DNA from: Octopus vulgaris
Taxonomy: Eukaryota
Assembly: GCA_951406725.2 (NCBI GenBank)
Contig: OX597824.1
Location: 34,100,001 to 34,164,000 of the forward strand
Length of the DNA stretch: 64,000 nucleotides
Reading direction: 5' to 3'
How positions within the stretch are numbered: the stretch's first letter is position 1; each line of letters starts with the position of its first letter. Position numbers and translations under genes: made by a program. Below are positions 26,477 to 37,800 of the stretch, one piece after another. Under the pieces are notes generated by a model. It was given only the letters and a program-made list of their open reading frames with translations, was not told the DNA's origin and did not search any database.

Positions 26477-27436
26477 CTAATACACACACCAACTAATACA
26501 TACTAATACGTACTAATACATACCAGTACATACTAATACTTACACCAACCCTATACATACACACGTCCAGACCCCGCATACGCACTTATACTCTCTCACA
26601 CACACACACACACACCTATACATACCAATACGTACTAATACATACTAATACATACTAATACATACACCAACCCCATACATACGCACGTCCAGACCAATCT
26701 TACGCACTAATACTCTCTCATACACACACACACCCTTATACATACTAATACATACACCAACCCTATACATACACACATCCAGACCCCTCCCACGCACTTT
26801 TAGCTGGTCCCTCAACCCTTTTATCAACCCTATTATCTCCCCTTATTTCGCTCGCGTCTCATGTTTGATCTTTGACCTCTGGCCGAAATCAGATTGCCAT
26901 GTTGATTCGTTAGCTACTGCACGCATTTTTTTTCTCTCCTTCTTTCTGTGTTTTTCTCTCTCTGTGTATCTTTCTGTTGAAGAGCGTAGGCTCGAAACGT
27001 TAAAGACTTGTTTTATTTATATTTCCTGAGTGCCATACTAATACAATTGTTCGTTTGTTTTCCACCTGCCTTTGTCTTTTGTTTATTTTCATAAAGCTTC
27101 CCGTTATATATATACATGTGTGTATGAGTGTGTGTGTGTTTGTGTGTATGCATAGTCAAACCATCCAACCCATGCCAGCATGGAAAGAGGACATTAAACG
27201 ATGATGATGATGATGATATATATATGTATATCAAATATATGCATATATATGTATGTATATATATATATATATATATATATGTTCTAGCACTGCTTCAAAT
27301 AGTGGAAAATGCTCATGGACCAAATGCATTGCTTCAAATGGAGAATTCCGTGAAGGTGATAAGAGTGTAAACATATAAAACTAAGTGAAGAAAATAATAG
27401 TACAAAATTCCAGTTTCCCTTGGGTAACCCCTCATA
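25662..27436 (+). mobile_element. Decayed mariner with both TIRs, interrupted by nested insertions
   Basis: MAEVKEQCASMKFCFLLEKT...YEWF from 25847, AKFVP.LL, ITDEESWCY, and C-terminal WTKCIASNGEF at ~27315. The TIR-like ends are AGGGATACCCAAAAGTAAACGGAA and TTCCAGTTTCCCTTGGGTAACCCCTCATA. Confidence 0.8.
26969..27006 (+). ncRNA. Minimal type I hammerhead with CUGUUGA core variant
   Basis: UCUUU-CUGUUGA-A-GAGC-GUAG-GCUC-GAAA-CG-UU^-AAAGA. All three stems are intact and stem III is the palindrome AACGUU. Confidence 0.7.
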
Positions 27437-27660
27437 CATTTGTATAATGCTTCCATTCTTTATATGTGTAACTTTCTCAGTCATTAGCATAAAAAAATTA
27501 ATTGCTCCACAATGAAACCCATTGCCACCATCACCACCACCACTGCCAGTACAAGTAATTATACAATCAAATGTTTTATGAAGTAGTTATTAAAATTAAT
27601 TGCTCTGAGGCATTGGCTAACACATAAAATGCAAATGGTAATTATGTATCTAGGTAAGCA

Positions 27661-27715
<55 letters not shown>

Positions 27716-27769
27716 GTATGTATGTATAAATATATATATATATGTATGTATAAATATATATATGCATAA

Positions 27770-27802
<33 letters not shown>

Positions 27803-27979
27803 AATATATATGTGTGTGTGTGTGTATAAAAATATATATATATTTATATATATATGTGTGTGTGTGCATGTGTGTATAAATATATATATATATGTAGGTC
27901 CCGGGTTGATTCGGGGTTAACCACAGTAAATAAGGTACTCAATACATAGCAGAGTAAAATTAATTTATTATATAGAAGG

Positions 27980-28030
27980 AGCTTCTACAGGACTAGAACT
28001 GTTTCATTCAAGAGAAATCTTCAGGAAGCT
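27980..28030 (-). ncRNA. Type I hammerhead ribozyme (left arm, copy 2)
   Basis: Minus strand is identical to 28027-28077. Confidence 0.8.
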
Positions 28031-28077
28031 TCCTGAAGATTTCTCTTGAATGAAACAGTTCTAGTCCTGTAGAAGCT
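28027..28077 (+). ncRNA. Type I hammerhead ribozyme (right arm, copy 2)
   Basis: AGCUUC-CUGAAGA-U-UUC-UCUU-GAA-U-GAAA-CAG-UUCUAGUC-CUG-UA^-GAAGCU. Predicted cut after 28071. Confidence 0.8.
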
Positions 28078-28093
28078 CCTTCTATATAATAAA

Positions 28094-28141
<48 letters not shown>

Positions 28142-28178
28142 CATACATACATACATATATATATACATGTGTGTATGA

Positions 28179-28209
<31 letters not shown>

Positions 28210-28313
28210 CATAGTCAAACCATCCAACCCATGCCAGCATGGAAAGCGGACATTAAACGATGATGAGGATGATGATATATATATGTATATCAAATATATG
28301 CATATATATGTAT

Positions 28314-28371
<58 letters not shown>

Positions 28372-28572
28372 CAATAATAATTCTCTAAAAGGGATATAGA
28401 CAGTAACTGCTCGATAACATAAGGGACTAAAGCCATCTGAATATGGCTAGGGACAGGGCAGGGTGGTGGGGGTGTTACTGTTGCATTTAGCCCCAGGCGA
28501 ACATCGACGTCACCAGAAAGGCTCGACACCGTCACGGTGCCCTAAACCTGCAAAGGGAGGTAATTCCCCGAT

Positions 28573-28646
28573 GAAGCGGAAACCACACACGGACCATGGT
28601 TTCAAGGTGTATTGCCTATCATCGGCGTGTGGTAGGCCTCCGCTTC
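28573..28646 (-). ncRNA. Type I hammerhead ribozyme, unit 1
   Basis: Minus strand reads GAAGCGGA-GGCCUAC-CACACG-CCGAUGA-U-AGG-CAAUACA-CCU-U-GAAA-CCAUGG-UC^-CGUGUG-UGGUU-UCCGCUUC. Stem III is the palindrome ACCAUGGU and the predicted cut is between 28592 and 28591. Confidence 0.8.
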
Positions 28647-28932
28647 CTCGACGAATTCTCACTCTGCAGGATTTTCTTATATAGATTTTCAAGCAAAATA
28701 CATTTGCTGATTTCGAAAATCTGTTCGAAAGCAATAATAATTCTCTAAAAGGGATATAGACAGTAACTGCTCGATAACATAAGGGACTAAAGCCATCTGA
28801 ATATGGCTAGGGACAGGGCAGGGTGGTGGGGGTGTTACTGTTGCATTTAGCCCCAGGCGAACATCGACGTCACCAGAAAGGCTCGACACCGTCACGGTGC
28901 CCTAAACCTGCAAAGGGAGGTAATTCCCCGAT

Positions 28933-29008
28933 GAAGCGGAAACCACACACACGGACCATGGTTTCAAGGTGTATTGCCTATCATCGGCGTGTGGTAGGCC
29001 TCCGCTTC
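28933..29008 (-). ncRNA. Type I hammerhead ribozyme, unit 2
   Basis: As unit 1, with two extra nt in the stem I 3' strand. Predicted cut between 28954 and 28953. Confidence 0.8.
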
Positions 29009-29294
29009 CTCGACGAATTCTCACTCTGCAGGATTTTCTTATATAGATTTTCAAGCAAAATACATTTGCTGATTTCGAAAATCTGTTCGAAAGCAATAAT
29101 AATTCTCTAAAAGGGATATAGACAGTAACTGCTCGATAACATAAGGGACTAAAGCCATCTGAATATGGCTAGGGACAGGGCAGGGTGGTGGGGGTGTTAC
29201 TGTTGCATTTAGCCCCAGGCGAACATCGACGTCACCAGAAAGGCTCGACACCGTCACGGTGCCCTAAACCTGCAAAGGGAGGTAATTCCCCGAT

Positions 29295-29368
29295 GAAGCG
29301 GAAACCACACACGGACCATGGTTTCAAGGTGTATTGCCTATCATCGGCGTGTGGTAGGCCTCCGCTTC
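29295..29368 (-). ncRNA. Type I hammerhead ribozyme, unit 3
   Basis: Identical to unit 1. Predicted cut between 29314 and 29313. Confidence 0.8.
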
Positions 29369-29487
29369 CTCGACGAATTCTCACTCTGCAGGATTTTCTT
29401 ATATAGATTTTCAAGCAAAATACATTTGCTGATTTCGAAAATCTGTTCGAAAGCAATAATAATTCTCTAAAAGGGATATAGACAGTA

Positions 29488-29523
<36 letters not shown>

Positions 29524-29879
29524 ATGTATATATATATATATGTATATATAAATTAAGAAATGGAATCAAATGCAGGTGTTATTCAAATCATTTATACTTC
29601 CAACATATGTTTCAAAGAAAGCATTGATACCATTCCGGAGGGAATAAAAAAGGCAAAAACATACCTTTACTTCTTATAAGTAATTTCTACCAATCTATAA
29701 CTTTCAACCTTTAACTGTCTTCTTACATTTCATTTCCACTACATATATCTATTTCCATGTTTTTAAGCTTCATTCCCATTCATCTATTACACTATATTTC
29801 TCCACTCTTAATTTTCTGTTAATTTCTTTCTTTCTCCTCCTTCCCTAAATTACCTTTGACATTAAATCTATTAACGTTT

Positions 29880-30465
29880 TCTTAAAAAAATAGCTTGCCA
29901 GCGTTCCCCTTCATCATATACACGGTAATTCTTTCCTCTTGTTCTGCTTGGTATCCGTGTATCTATTAAGGACGACATCGGTCACTCACTGGTTGAGTTG
30001 GTTTACAGCACCCTGCTGGCCCTGCCTGAGCAGACGATCACTCCAGTTCCTCCAAGGGATATTCCTGATCCCACATTTTATGTACATCATCTCCGTACAC
30101 TTATGTCCCATATTTCTCCTAACACACCCCATTCACAGAAGACTGATACATATGTCCCCTCAGACATTAACAAATGGAAGTATGTTTTTATCTAGAACAA
30201 TGGAATACCATCACAAATCTGTCCACCGTATTCTGGACCCTACAGGGTACTACAGAGAAGGAAAAAATACTTCATTGTTAGCATGAATGGCAAGCCAAAT
30301 ACTGTTAGTATCAATCAACTTAACAAAGCTATCATCGAACCCGATTCCTCATCACCATCGTCAACTCTGTACCAAACTGACACAGTCTCATCAACACCTC
30401 CCACAAGTACCCCCAACATCTTCACAGCAAACTCGAACAAGAAGTGGGCAAAGAGTCCGCTGGTC
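29880..30465 (+). mobile_element. Ty3/Gypsy LTR-retrotransposon integrase C-terminal remnant
   Basis: Across frames it reads PLVLLGIRVSIKDDIGHSLVELVYSTLLALP, YVP.D.....YVFI, TVSINQL and TRSGQRV, matching the LLG.R...AELVYG..L.LP / VS.D.LK / TRSGR motifs of Gypsy pol ends. Stops and frameshifts are present. Confidence 0.75.
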
Positions 30466-30563
30466 AGCAAAATACATACAAGTTTTCTATTTCAAAAATA
30501 TTCCAGGTTAGTGATTTGCAGGTACCAATGCCTTAATTTCTACATGAACAGCTACAAAACTTA

Positions 30564-30938
30564 TCTCTATATATATAAACGGCAAAATGTCTGTGTGTGT
30601 GTGCGTGCGTGTTCTTTATAAAAATCCACAATTTTTCAGTTAGAGGGCTCGCACTTTCTATGGTTATGCAAAACCATCCAAGGGTGGTCGTGAACATCTT
30701 CACATTTCCCCAGTCACCCCGCAAAGCCATTAAAAAAATCAATAGAAGTGACTTTTTTGTGAATTTTGTATCCAAAACCCAATCGAAATGCCCGAAACTT
30801 GATATGCCAATTGAAAGCTTGCTAGCTGTATGTGTTTGGTTGGAGATTTGGACAGTACTTGCATGTATGTGCGCACGCACGCAGATGTATTTGCATGCAC
30901 TAGCACTATGGCCCAGCATTGCTGGGTCATAGTGCTAG
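30564..30938 (+). mobile_element. Non-autonomous Helitron
   Basis: 5' A|TC, subterminal hairpin GCCCAGCA-TTGCTGGGT, 3' CTAG|T and no TSD. A second copy is at 39976-40372. Confidence 0.8.
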
Positions 30939-31308
30939 TTTATTTATATTTTTCTTTCCACTGAACTCCACAAGGACTATACTTGTAACACTTACATTGC
31001 ATTAATTCAAATTCCTGTTTCTCATATTAAATTGAAATTGATTCTGCTTGCATTCTATCAGACTCAAATGAACTGAACATTGCAAAATCGTTAGCATACT
31101 GGACAAAGAGCGTGCTCTGCTTGATGTATTTCTCTACATTCTGAGTTCAATTTTCACTGAAGATGACTTTGTCTTTTGTCCTTTCAGAATCAACAAAATA
31201 AGTTCCAGTCAAGAACAGATGCCAATGTAATTGACTTCCACCTCCTCTCAAAAAACTGTTGGCCCTGTTCCAAAATTTGAAACCGTTATTTACCATAATC
31301 TATTTATA

Positions 31309-31748
31309 GGCACAGGCATGGTTGGGTGGTAAGAAGCTTGCTTCCCAACCATATGGTTCTGGGTTCAGTCCCACTGTGTAGTGCCTTGGCCAAGTGCCTT
31401 ATATTATAACCTTAGGCTGACCAAAGCCTTGCAAGTGGATTTTGTAGGCAGAAAGTGAAAAGAGGCCTAGTATGTGTGTGTGTGTGTGTGTGTGTGTGCA
31501 TGCATGCGCAGATGTGTGCATGCATGTGTGTCTATCTTTATGGCTGTGTTTGTCCCTGACCACTGCTCGACAACCAGTGCTGGTGTGTTTATATCCCTGT
31601 AACTTAGCAGTTCAGCAAAAGAGGCTGAAAAATAAGTACCAGGCTTAAAAAAACAAAAAATATGTAGTGGGGTCGATTCATTTGATTAAAAATCCGGACA
31701 TGGCTGCAGTTTAATGACTGAAATGTGAAGAAGATAAAAGATAAAAGA
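31309..31748 (+). mobile_element. Family A SINE, diverged
   Basis: GGCACAGGCATGGTTGGGTGGTAAG...GGTTCAGTCCCACTG...GATAAAA-repeat tail. Confidence 0.8.
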
Positions 31749-32423
31749 ATTCTATATAATTTCTCATCAAATAAATCAAAAGTGCAGGAGATTATACACC
31801 GTTCTTTTCACTTGGACAGTGGTTAAATAAAAATTTGATCTTGATCCTCTTTCTACATTTTTTCTCTAATAATTTAAAACCCCAGCAGTCATCATTGCAG
31901 AGGAAAAGTCTTTTCTGAGACAATACTCAACACTGCTAATGTATTAAGCATTCTACATAGATATAAATGGTGATCGTTCATGTTGTATACAGTCTAGATC
32001 ACCTCAGTCTATGATGACTACAAACATTAATTCTGTCATACTGAGTCAATTGTCACCTAAGTTAATAACAGTTTCTGAGAAGTGACAAGAGTATTTTGAG
32101 AAGCATTCAGTCAACAGGTGCAACAGATTAACAACTTTAGTGTTTTATAAAATATATATTGTGATAAATCTAATTAATAGTTATACCTAGTATTTTACAG
32201 GACCTTGGTAAGTAGAGATCAGAATGACCTGAAGATATTGGCGTCAGTATAGAATGATATCATGAAGTAAATAGGAACTACAAAGTTGAAATGCAGAATA
32301 GTGTTGGAAAACAAAATATTTGATGGAATATCCTGCTTTTTATTCAAGAAATCATTGATCAGATTATGGAAGCTAAAATTATTTGGTAATCAAGAATAAA
32401 ATTTACCTTCAAGTTACATCAAA

Positions 32424-32643
32424 GGAGTGGCTGTGTGGTAAGTAGCTTGTTTACCAACCACATGGTTCCAAGTTCAGTCCCACTAGGAGTGGCTGTGTGG
32501 TAAGTTTACCAACCACATGCTTCCGGGTTCAGTCCCACTGTGTGACACCTTGGGCAAGTGTCTTCTACTATAGCCTCGGACCAACCAAAGCCTTGTGAGT
32601 GGATTTGGTAGACGGAAACTGAAAGAAGCCCGTCGTATATATG

Positions 32644-32674
<31 letters not shown>

Positions 32675-32893
32675 ATGTTTGTGTGTCTGTGTTTGTCCCC
32701 CTAGCATTGCTTGACAACCAATGCTGGTGTGTTTATGTCCCCGTTACTTAGCGGTTCAGCAAAAGAGACCGATAGAATAAGTACTGGGCTTACAGAAGAA
32801 TGAGTCCGGGGATCGAGTTGCTCGATTAAAGGCGATGCTCCAGCATGGCCGCAGTCAAATGACTGAAACAAGTAAAAGCATAAAAGAGTAAGA
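32424..32893 (+). mobile_element. Family A SINE with duplicated head
   Basis: The head GGAGTGGCTGTGTGGTAAG occurs at 32424 and again at 32486, followed by the full body and tail. Confidence 0.88.
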
Positions 32894-33584
32894 GTATAAG
32901 CATATGAAAGCCATGTTAAAAAAGTTGTATGTATGGGATAGAGAGATAGAAAAAGTAAAAAGAGTCTGTTTAGTAATGAGGTCAACAGAGGGGCCAGCAG
33001 CAGAAACCAAAGAGACTAAAAGTGAGTGGGTTATTAAACAATGAATTAAGGACATGGGAAAATTGCTGGAGTTTCAGGGAAAGTTGCTGCTGAAGTATTG
33101 AAGATACCACTACACATGAAATGGTCTCAGCCATTTTAATATTATTGAATATTTAACTGAAATACCACCACTTTCACCACCACCACCGCCGCCACCACTA
33201 CCCACCACCCCACCACCTCCACCACCAGAATCACTAAGCCTGTAACGAAAAAATAGTTACAGCGCACATAAAGATCACGCCCTATTTCCCATTGTCAAAT
33301 TTTACCTGTGACTACCTTTCAAGCCAATTTCATTTTCAATAATGACTACCTCCCTGTGTAAGGCAGTTGAGTCATCAGTCTACTTTATGGACTGGTTGTA
33401 GCACTTCATTACACTTTCATGCAATCACACCAGGGTGGGGATACACTCTGTTTAGATTAAGTGGCCTACACTTTTCTCTTTAATCATAAATTAAAAAAGA
33501 TGACTGGAATACCTTTCATTGTATGATTGCTCAGTTAAATCTAAACTGGACTAAGCAGAAAGGATATGCTACATGTCAAAAATG

Positions 33585-34790
33585 TAGCGAGCTAGCGGAA
33601 TTATTAGCATGCTGGACAAAATGTTTTGTGGCATTTCGTCCATCTCTGCATTCTCCTTGCAAATTTCAAGCCTTGTAATTATAGTAGAAGGGACCCACCC
33701 ATGCCAGCATGGAAGGCAGACGTTAAACAATGATGGCACACCAGACAAAATGCTTAGTGAGATTTCGTTCATCTCTGCATTCTGAGTTCAAATTTGGTCA
33801 TGGTTGACTTTGCCTTTTGATAAAATAACTACCAGTTGAACATTGGGGATCAATGTAATCAACTAGACCCCTCCTTGCAAATTTCAAGCCTTGTAATTAC
33901 AGTAGAAAGGACCCACCCATGCCAGCATGATGGCAATAATGATGATGATGATGACAGTGAGCTAGCGGAATTGTTAGCGCATCTGATGAAATGCTAAGCA
34001 ACAAAATTGCTGGACTTGTGGTGCCAAAAAATAATATTACAAAATATCATCTGGCACCTGTGCCAGTGGCACATAAAAAGCACCCACTACACTCATGGAG
34101 TGGTTGGCGTTAGGAAGGGCATCCAGTTTTAGAAACACTGCCAGATCAGACTGGGCCTGGTGCAGCCTTCTGGCTTTCCAGACCCCAGTTGAACCGTCCA
34201 ACCCATGCTAGCATGAAAAGCGGATGGTAAACGATGATGATGATGATGATGATATTAAAGCAGTGAGTTGGCAGAATTGTTACCACACCAGACAAAGTGC
34301 TCAGTGACATTTCGTTCATCTCTGCATTCTGAGTTCAAATTTGGTCAAGGTTGACTTTGCCTTTCGATAAAATAACTACCAGTTGAACATTGGGGATCAA
34401 TGTAATCAACTAGAACCCCTCCTTGCAAATTTCAAGCCTTGTAATTACAGTAGAAAGGACCCACCCATGTCAGCATGATGGCAATAATGATGATGATGAC
34501 AGTGAGCTAGCGGAATTGTTAGCGCATCTGATGAAATGCTAAGCAGCAAAATTGTTGGACTTTTGGTACCAAAAAATAATATTACAAAATATAGTAAAGC
34601 AGTAAGTTGGCAGAATTGTTACCACAGCGGACAAAATGCTTAGTGACATTTCTTCCAGCATCACATTCTGTGTTCAAATTCTGAGGTCAGCTTTACTTTT
34701 CATCCTTTTGTGGGGTCAATAAAATAAATACCAGTTGAGAGTTGGGATTGATGTAATTCACTTACCCCTCCCTACAAATTGCTGGCCTTA
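33585..34790 (+). mobile_element. Cluster of third-family SINE copies, locally duplicated and interrupted by a family B copy at ~34050-34252
   Basis: Repeated GAGCTAGCGGAATT.TTAGC...GAGTTCAAAT...GTTGACTTTGCCTTT blocks. 33735-34045 is duplicated at ~34280-34590. Confidence 0.65.
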
Positions 34791-34989
34791 CTTTTTTTTT
34801 ACTTTTTTACTTGTTTCAGTAATTTGACTGTGGCCATGCTGGAGCACCGCCTTTAGTCGAGTAAATCGACCCCCAGGACATATTCTTTGTAAGAAAAATA
34901 CTTATTCTATCGGTCTCTTTTATTGAACCGCTAAGTTATGGGGACATAAACACACCAGCATCGGTTGTCAAGTGATGTTAGGGGGGACA

Positions 34990-35029
<40 letters not shown>

Positions 35030-35207
35030 CACACATATATACGACGGGCTTCTTTCAGTTTCCGTCAACCAAATCCACTCACAAGGCTTTGGTCGGCCCG
35101 AGGCTGTAGTAGAAGGCACATGCCCAAGGTGCCACGCAGTGGGACTGAACCACCCGGAAGCATGTGGTTGGTAAGCTAGCTACTAACCACACAGCCACTC
35201 CTGCGCC
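34790..35207 (-). mobile_element. Family A SINE, full length
   Basis: Reverse complement of 8821-9244. Confidence 0.9.
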
Positions 35208-36185
35208 TTGTGCTAAAATATGAAACCAATATTAGTACTAATGAAACCAATATTACTACAATCTTATTTTATAGAAACAGAAGCTGATCTCTGTCTGTCT
35301 GTCTGTCTGTTCATCATAGCATCTATGTAGGTCATAGGTTCTCAAAACGGGCACTACTGCCTCCGGTGGGCATTGAGACGGTCCAGGTGGACGCTGGTGC
35401 TTAAGGGGGTGGGGGAAGGGAGTAGAGAAAAGGAGGCATTGGGAGGACAGCAGTGAATTGGGGGACGCTATAAATTTATTATAATATTATATACAAATTA
35501 TATATTATATTAAATATCAAATGATTCACAGTATATATAAATTAGTAAAATATAAAATATTTATATATAAAAATGGGGGTAGAGCACTGAGGGCTTTATG
35601 TGGCCATATGGGAGGTGTGGTCCCAAAACGTTTCAGAACCTCAGATGTAGATAGAGGGTAGAAGACGAGTTAACTCCTGTCACAATGTATATTTAAAAGG
35701 AGGGGAAAAGAGAAGAAGAAAAGTTGTTGTTGTTGAAAGAGAAATACAGTGAGAGAGGGGGAGAGTGTGAAAGATTGCTAGACAGGTAGTGTTGTCATGT
35801 CAGCATGGCAAGTTTTGACTAAAAACATAGGAATTTTAAGTGCAAGTCTGTAAACACAATGCAACACAAACTTTAGAAAAATAATTATTTATATATATAT
35901 ATATATAAATTTTTACTAATATTTGACAAGATGAAATTCATTATCGAAACTGATAATATTCCATATTTTCTTTATATAATATTTAAATCATTTTATTAAA
36001 TACTTTCTAAATTGAAATGTCTTACATTTACATCTGTGCTATTTCCACCTCCATCTTATATATATATATATACTGCAAATTTAGGATGAATACTTGATAA
36101 GTGTAAGCACCTTTATATGCCAACTAGTGGCAGAAGTGAGAGGGAATATATCAAATAAAATCAAAAACAGAACACAAAGGATGCC

Positions 36186-36276
36186 GCAGTACATGTGTTA
36201 CAAGCTTTATAAATGACCTGTTCTTACATCAGTGTATAATAGATATAAAAGATGGTTTAAAGCTCTCTTCAGCCAC
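36186..36276 (-). ncRNA. Degenerate hammerhead with long stem II
   Basis: Minus strand reads GUGG-CUGAAGA-GAGCUUUA...UAAAGCUU-GUAA-CACAUG-UA-CUGC. GAAA is mutated to GUAA. Architecture and flank resemble 16783-16870. Confidence 0.45.
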
Positions 36277-36485
36277 ATGCATTATTATTCCAAAGAGTTA
36301 CATCACACTATAAAAAATATGAAAAGTACATGTAGTGTTACCCATAATAATAGGTATATCATATCTCCCTGAGAAAGTGTATTTGTAAAATTTCATAACT
36401 AAATAGGCGTGTAGGGGATCATTGGATTTCGAAAATCTGTCCATACTGTATCACCAGTATCTTTCTTTGCAAATTACTTTATATT

Positions 36486-36766
36486 TACTGATTAAACTTG
36501 TTATCAATTTTACCCTTTAAAATGAATTTAGATCAGACATATATCAGACATTGCATACTGTATAAATTCAAAAGGGGTTCTTCAGTAATGAAAGAGGTAA
36601 AAAATATTCATTCCACTAATTTGATATGAAGCTTTAACTGTCCAGACATGCCAAAGATGATTTAGCCAGTTAGGCTCAGGAAATATTTCTCTTGTAGATT
36701 TTCCTTGCTATGGATAAGTAATATGCAATCAATACTGAGATTCTGAAGACTGTAGTTGAAGAAAAT
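36486..36766 (+). mobile_element. Duplicated fragment of a mariner transposase 5' region
   Basis: Direct repeat of ~37205-37484. It encodes MNLDQTYIRHCILYKFKRG...TCQR.F...GSGN.SL.D (Mos1-like N-terminus). Confidence 0.75.
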
Positions 36767-37083
36767 ACATATAGTTATTTTTTTTTGGTTGTTTGTGTGT
36801 GTGTGTTTCTGTATATCTTTCAACATGTAGACAGCACCACACAGACTCTAAAAAAAGACTTTCATTATAATGATAGGTTATTGTTGTTGACGAGAGAGAA
36901 ATACAATGAGAGAAGTGGAGGGAGAGGAAGAGAGAGGGCAAGAGAGTGACAGATAGAATTAAAATGAGTTTCAAGAAAAAAATAAGATCATTGTAGTAGG
37001 CTTCTGTTGGAGGGTCTGTTTCATCTTGACAGGGTCATTACCTGGCAGCATAGCGACAGATAAAGACGAGTATATACAATAAC

Positions 37084-37800
37084 TATTAGATTGGAAAGTA
37101 AGTCCTGTCACATTTTCAACATGGTCATTTTCAGGGAACTTTTTCAATACATTAATTTTACAATCTGATGATCTAATTTCTTTCTTTGCAGATTAATTTA
37201 TATTTAGTGATTAAACTTGTTATAAATTTTACCCTTTAATATGAATTTAGATTAGACCTATATCAAACATTGCATACTGTATAAATTCAAAAAGGGTTCT
37301 TCAGTAATGGAAGAGGTAAAAAATATTCGTTCCACTAATTTGATATGAAGCTTTAACTGTCCAGACATGCCAAAGATGATTTAGCAAGTTAGGCTCAGGA
37401 AATATTTCTCTTGTAGATTTTCCCTGCTATGGATAAGTAATATGCAATCAATACTGAGATTCTGAAGACTGTAGTTGAAGAAAATCCAAAGCAAACTGCA
37501 TGAGAATTGGAAAAACTCTTCAATTCAAGTCACACTTCAATCATGAAACATTTTCATTAATTAGGAAAAAAGTCTAAATCTGGTCTGTGAGTCCCTCATC
37601 ATCTGACTGTTTCTCAGCTTAATTAAAGATTTGCCCTCTGCTCATCAATGACTTGCTACTGAACTTTCCATGGGTAGAATCATCACAAGTGATGAAAAGT
37701 GAGTTCCCTATAATCAGAGCCAATAAAAATGAAAATAGTTAGGACACAATGCAAAAGGAGAGTCCATCCCCAAATCAGGTTTAAAATGAGTTTGAGTGAT
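37084..37800 (+). mobile_element. Decayed Mos1-like mariner
   Basis: TA-TTAGATTGG terminus, HTH region, KSGL*VPHHL (WVPHEL motif) and RIITSDEK*V. Confidence 0.75.

Larger units (their letters stand above)
27894..28094. mobile_element. Twin-hammerhead palindromic element (copy 2)
   Basis: Same leader (GTAGGTCCCGGGTTGA.TCGGGGTTAACCACAG) and a perfect 132-bp palindrome at 27963-28094 centred on AAGCTT (28026-28031), with (TA)n flanks. Confidence 0.88.
28371..29488 (-). mobile_element. Tandem non-LTR retrozyme-like array, 3.1 copies of a 360-bp unit
   Basis: Units start at 28371, 28731 and 29093, with a partial unit at 29453. They are identical except for +CA in unit 2. Each has one HHR on the minus strand, and (TA)n lies on both sides. 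Confidence 0.88.

Noticed and set aside
28568-28584. Plus-strand CCGATGA-AGCG-GAAAC as a second hammerhead
   Set aside because: There is no room for stem II and no matching stem I or III. It is the complement of the minus-strand stem I.
28463-29456. Repeated 64-95 aa ORFs in the 360-bp array
   Set aside because: They have no recognisable domain, mostly non-ATG starts, and the 2-bp indel in unit 2 shifts frames. The unit is better explained as structured RNA.
29597-29615. Minus-strand GAAACATATGTT-GGAAG half hammerhead
   Set aside because: A palindromic stem III is present, but I found no CUGANGA or stem I partner. At most it is a truncated relic.
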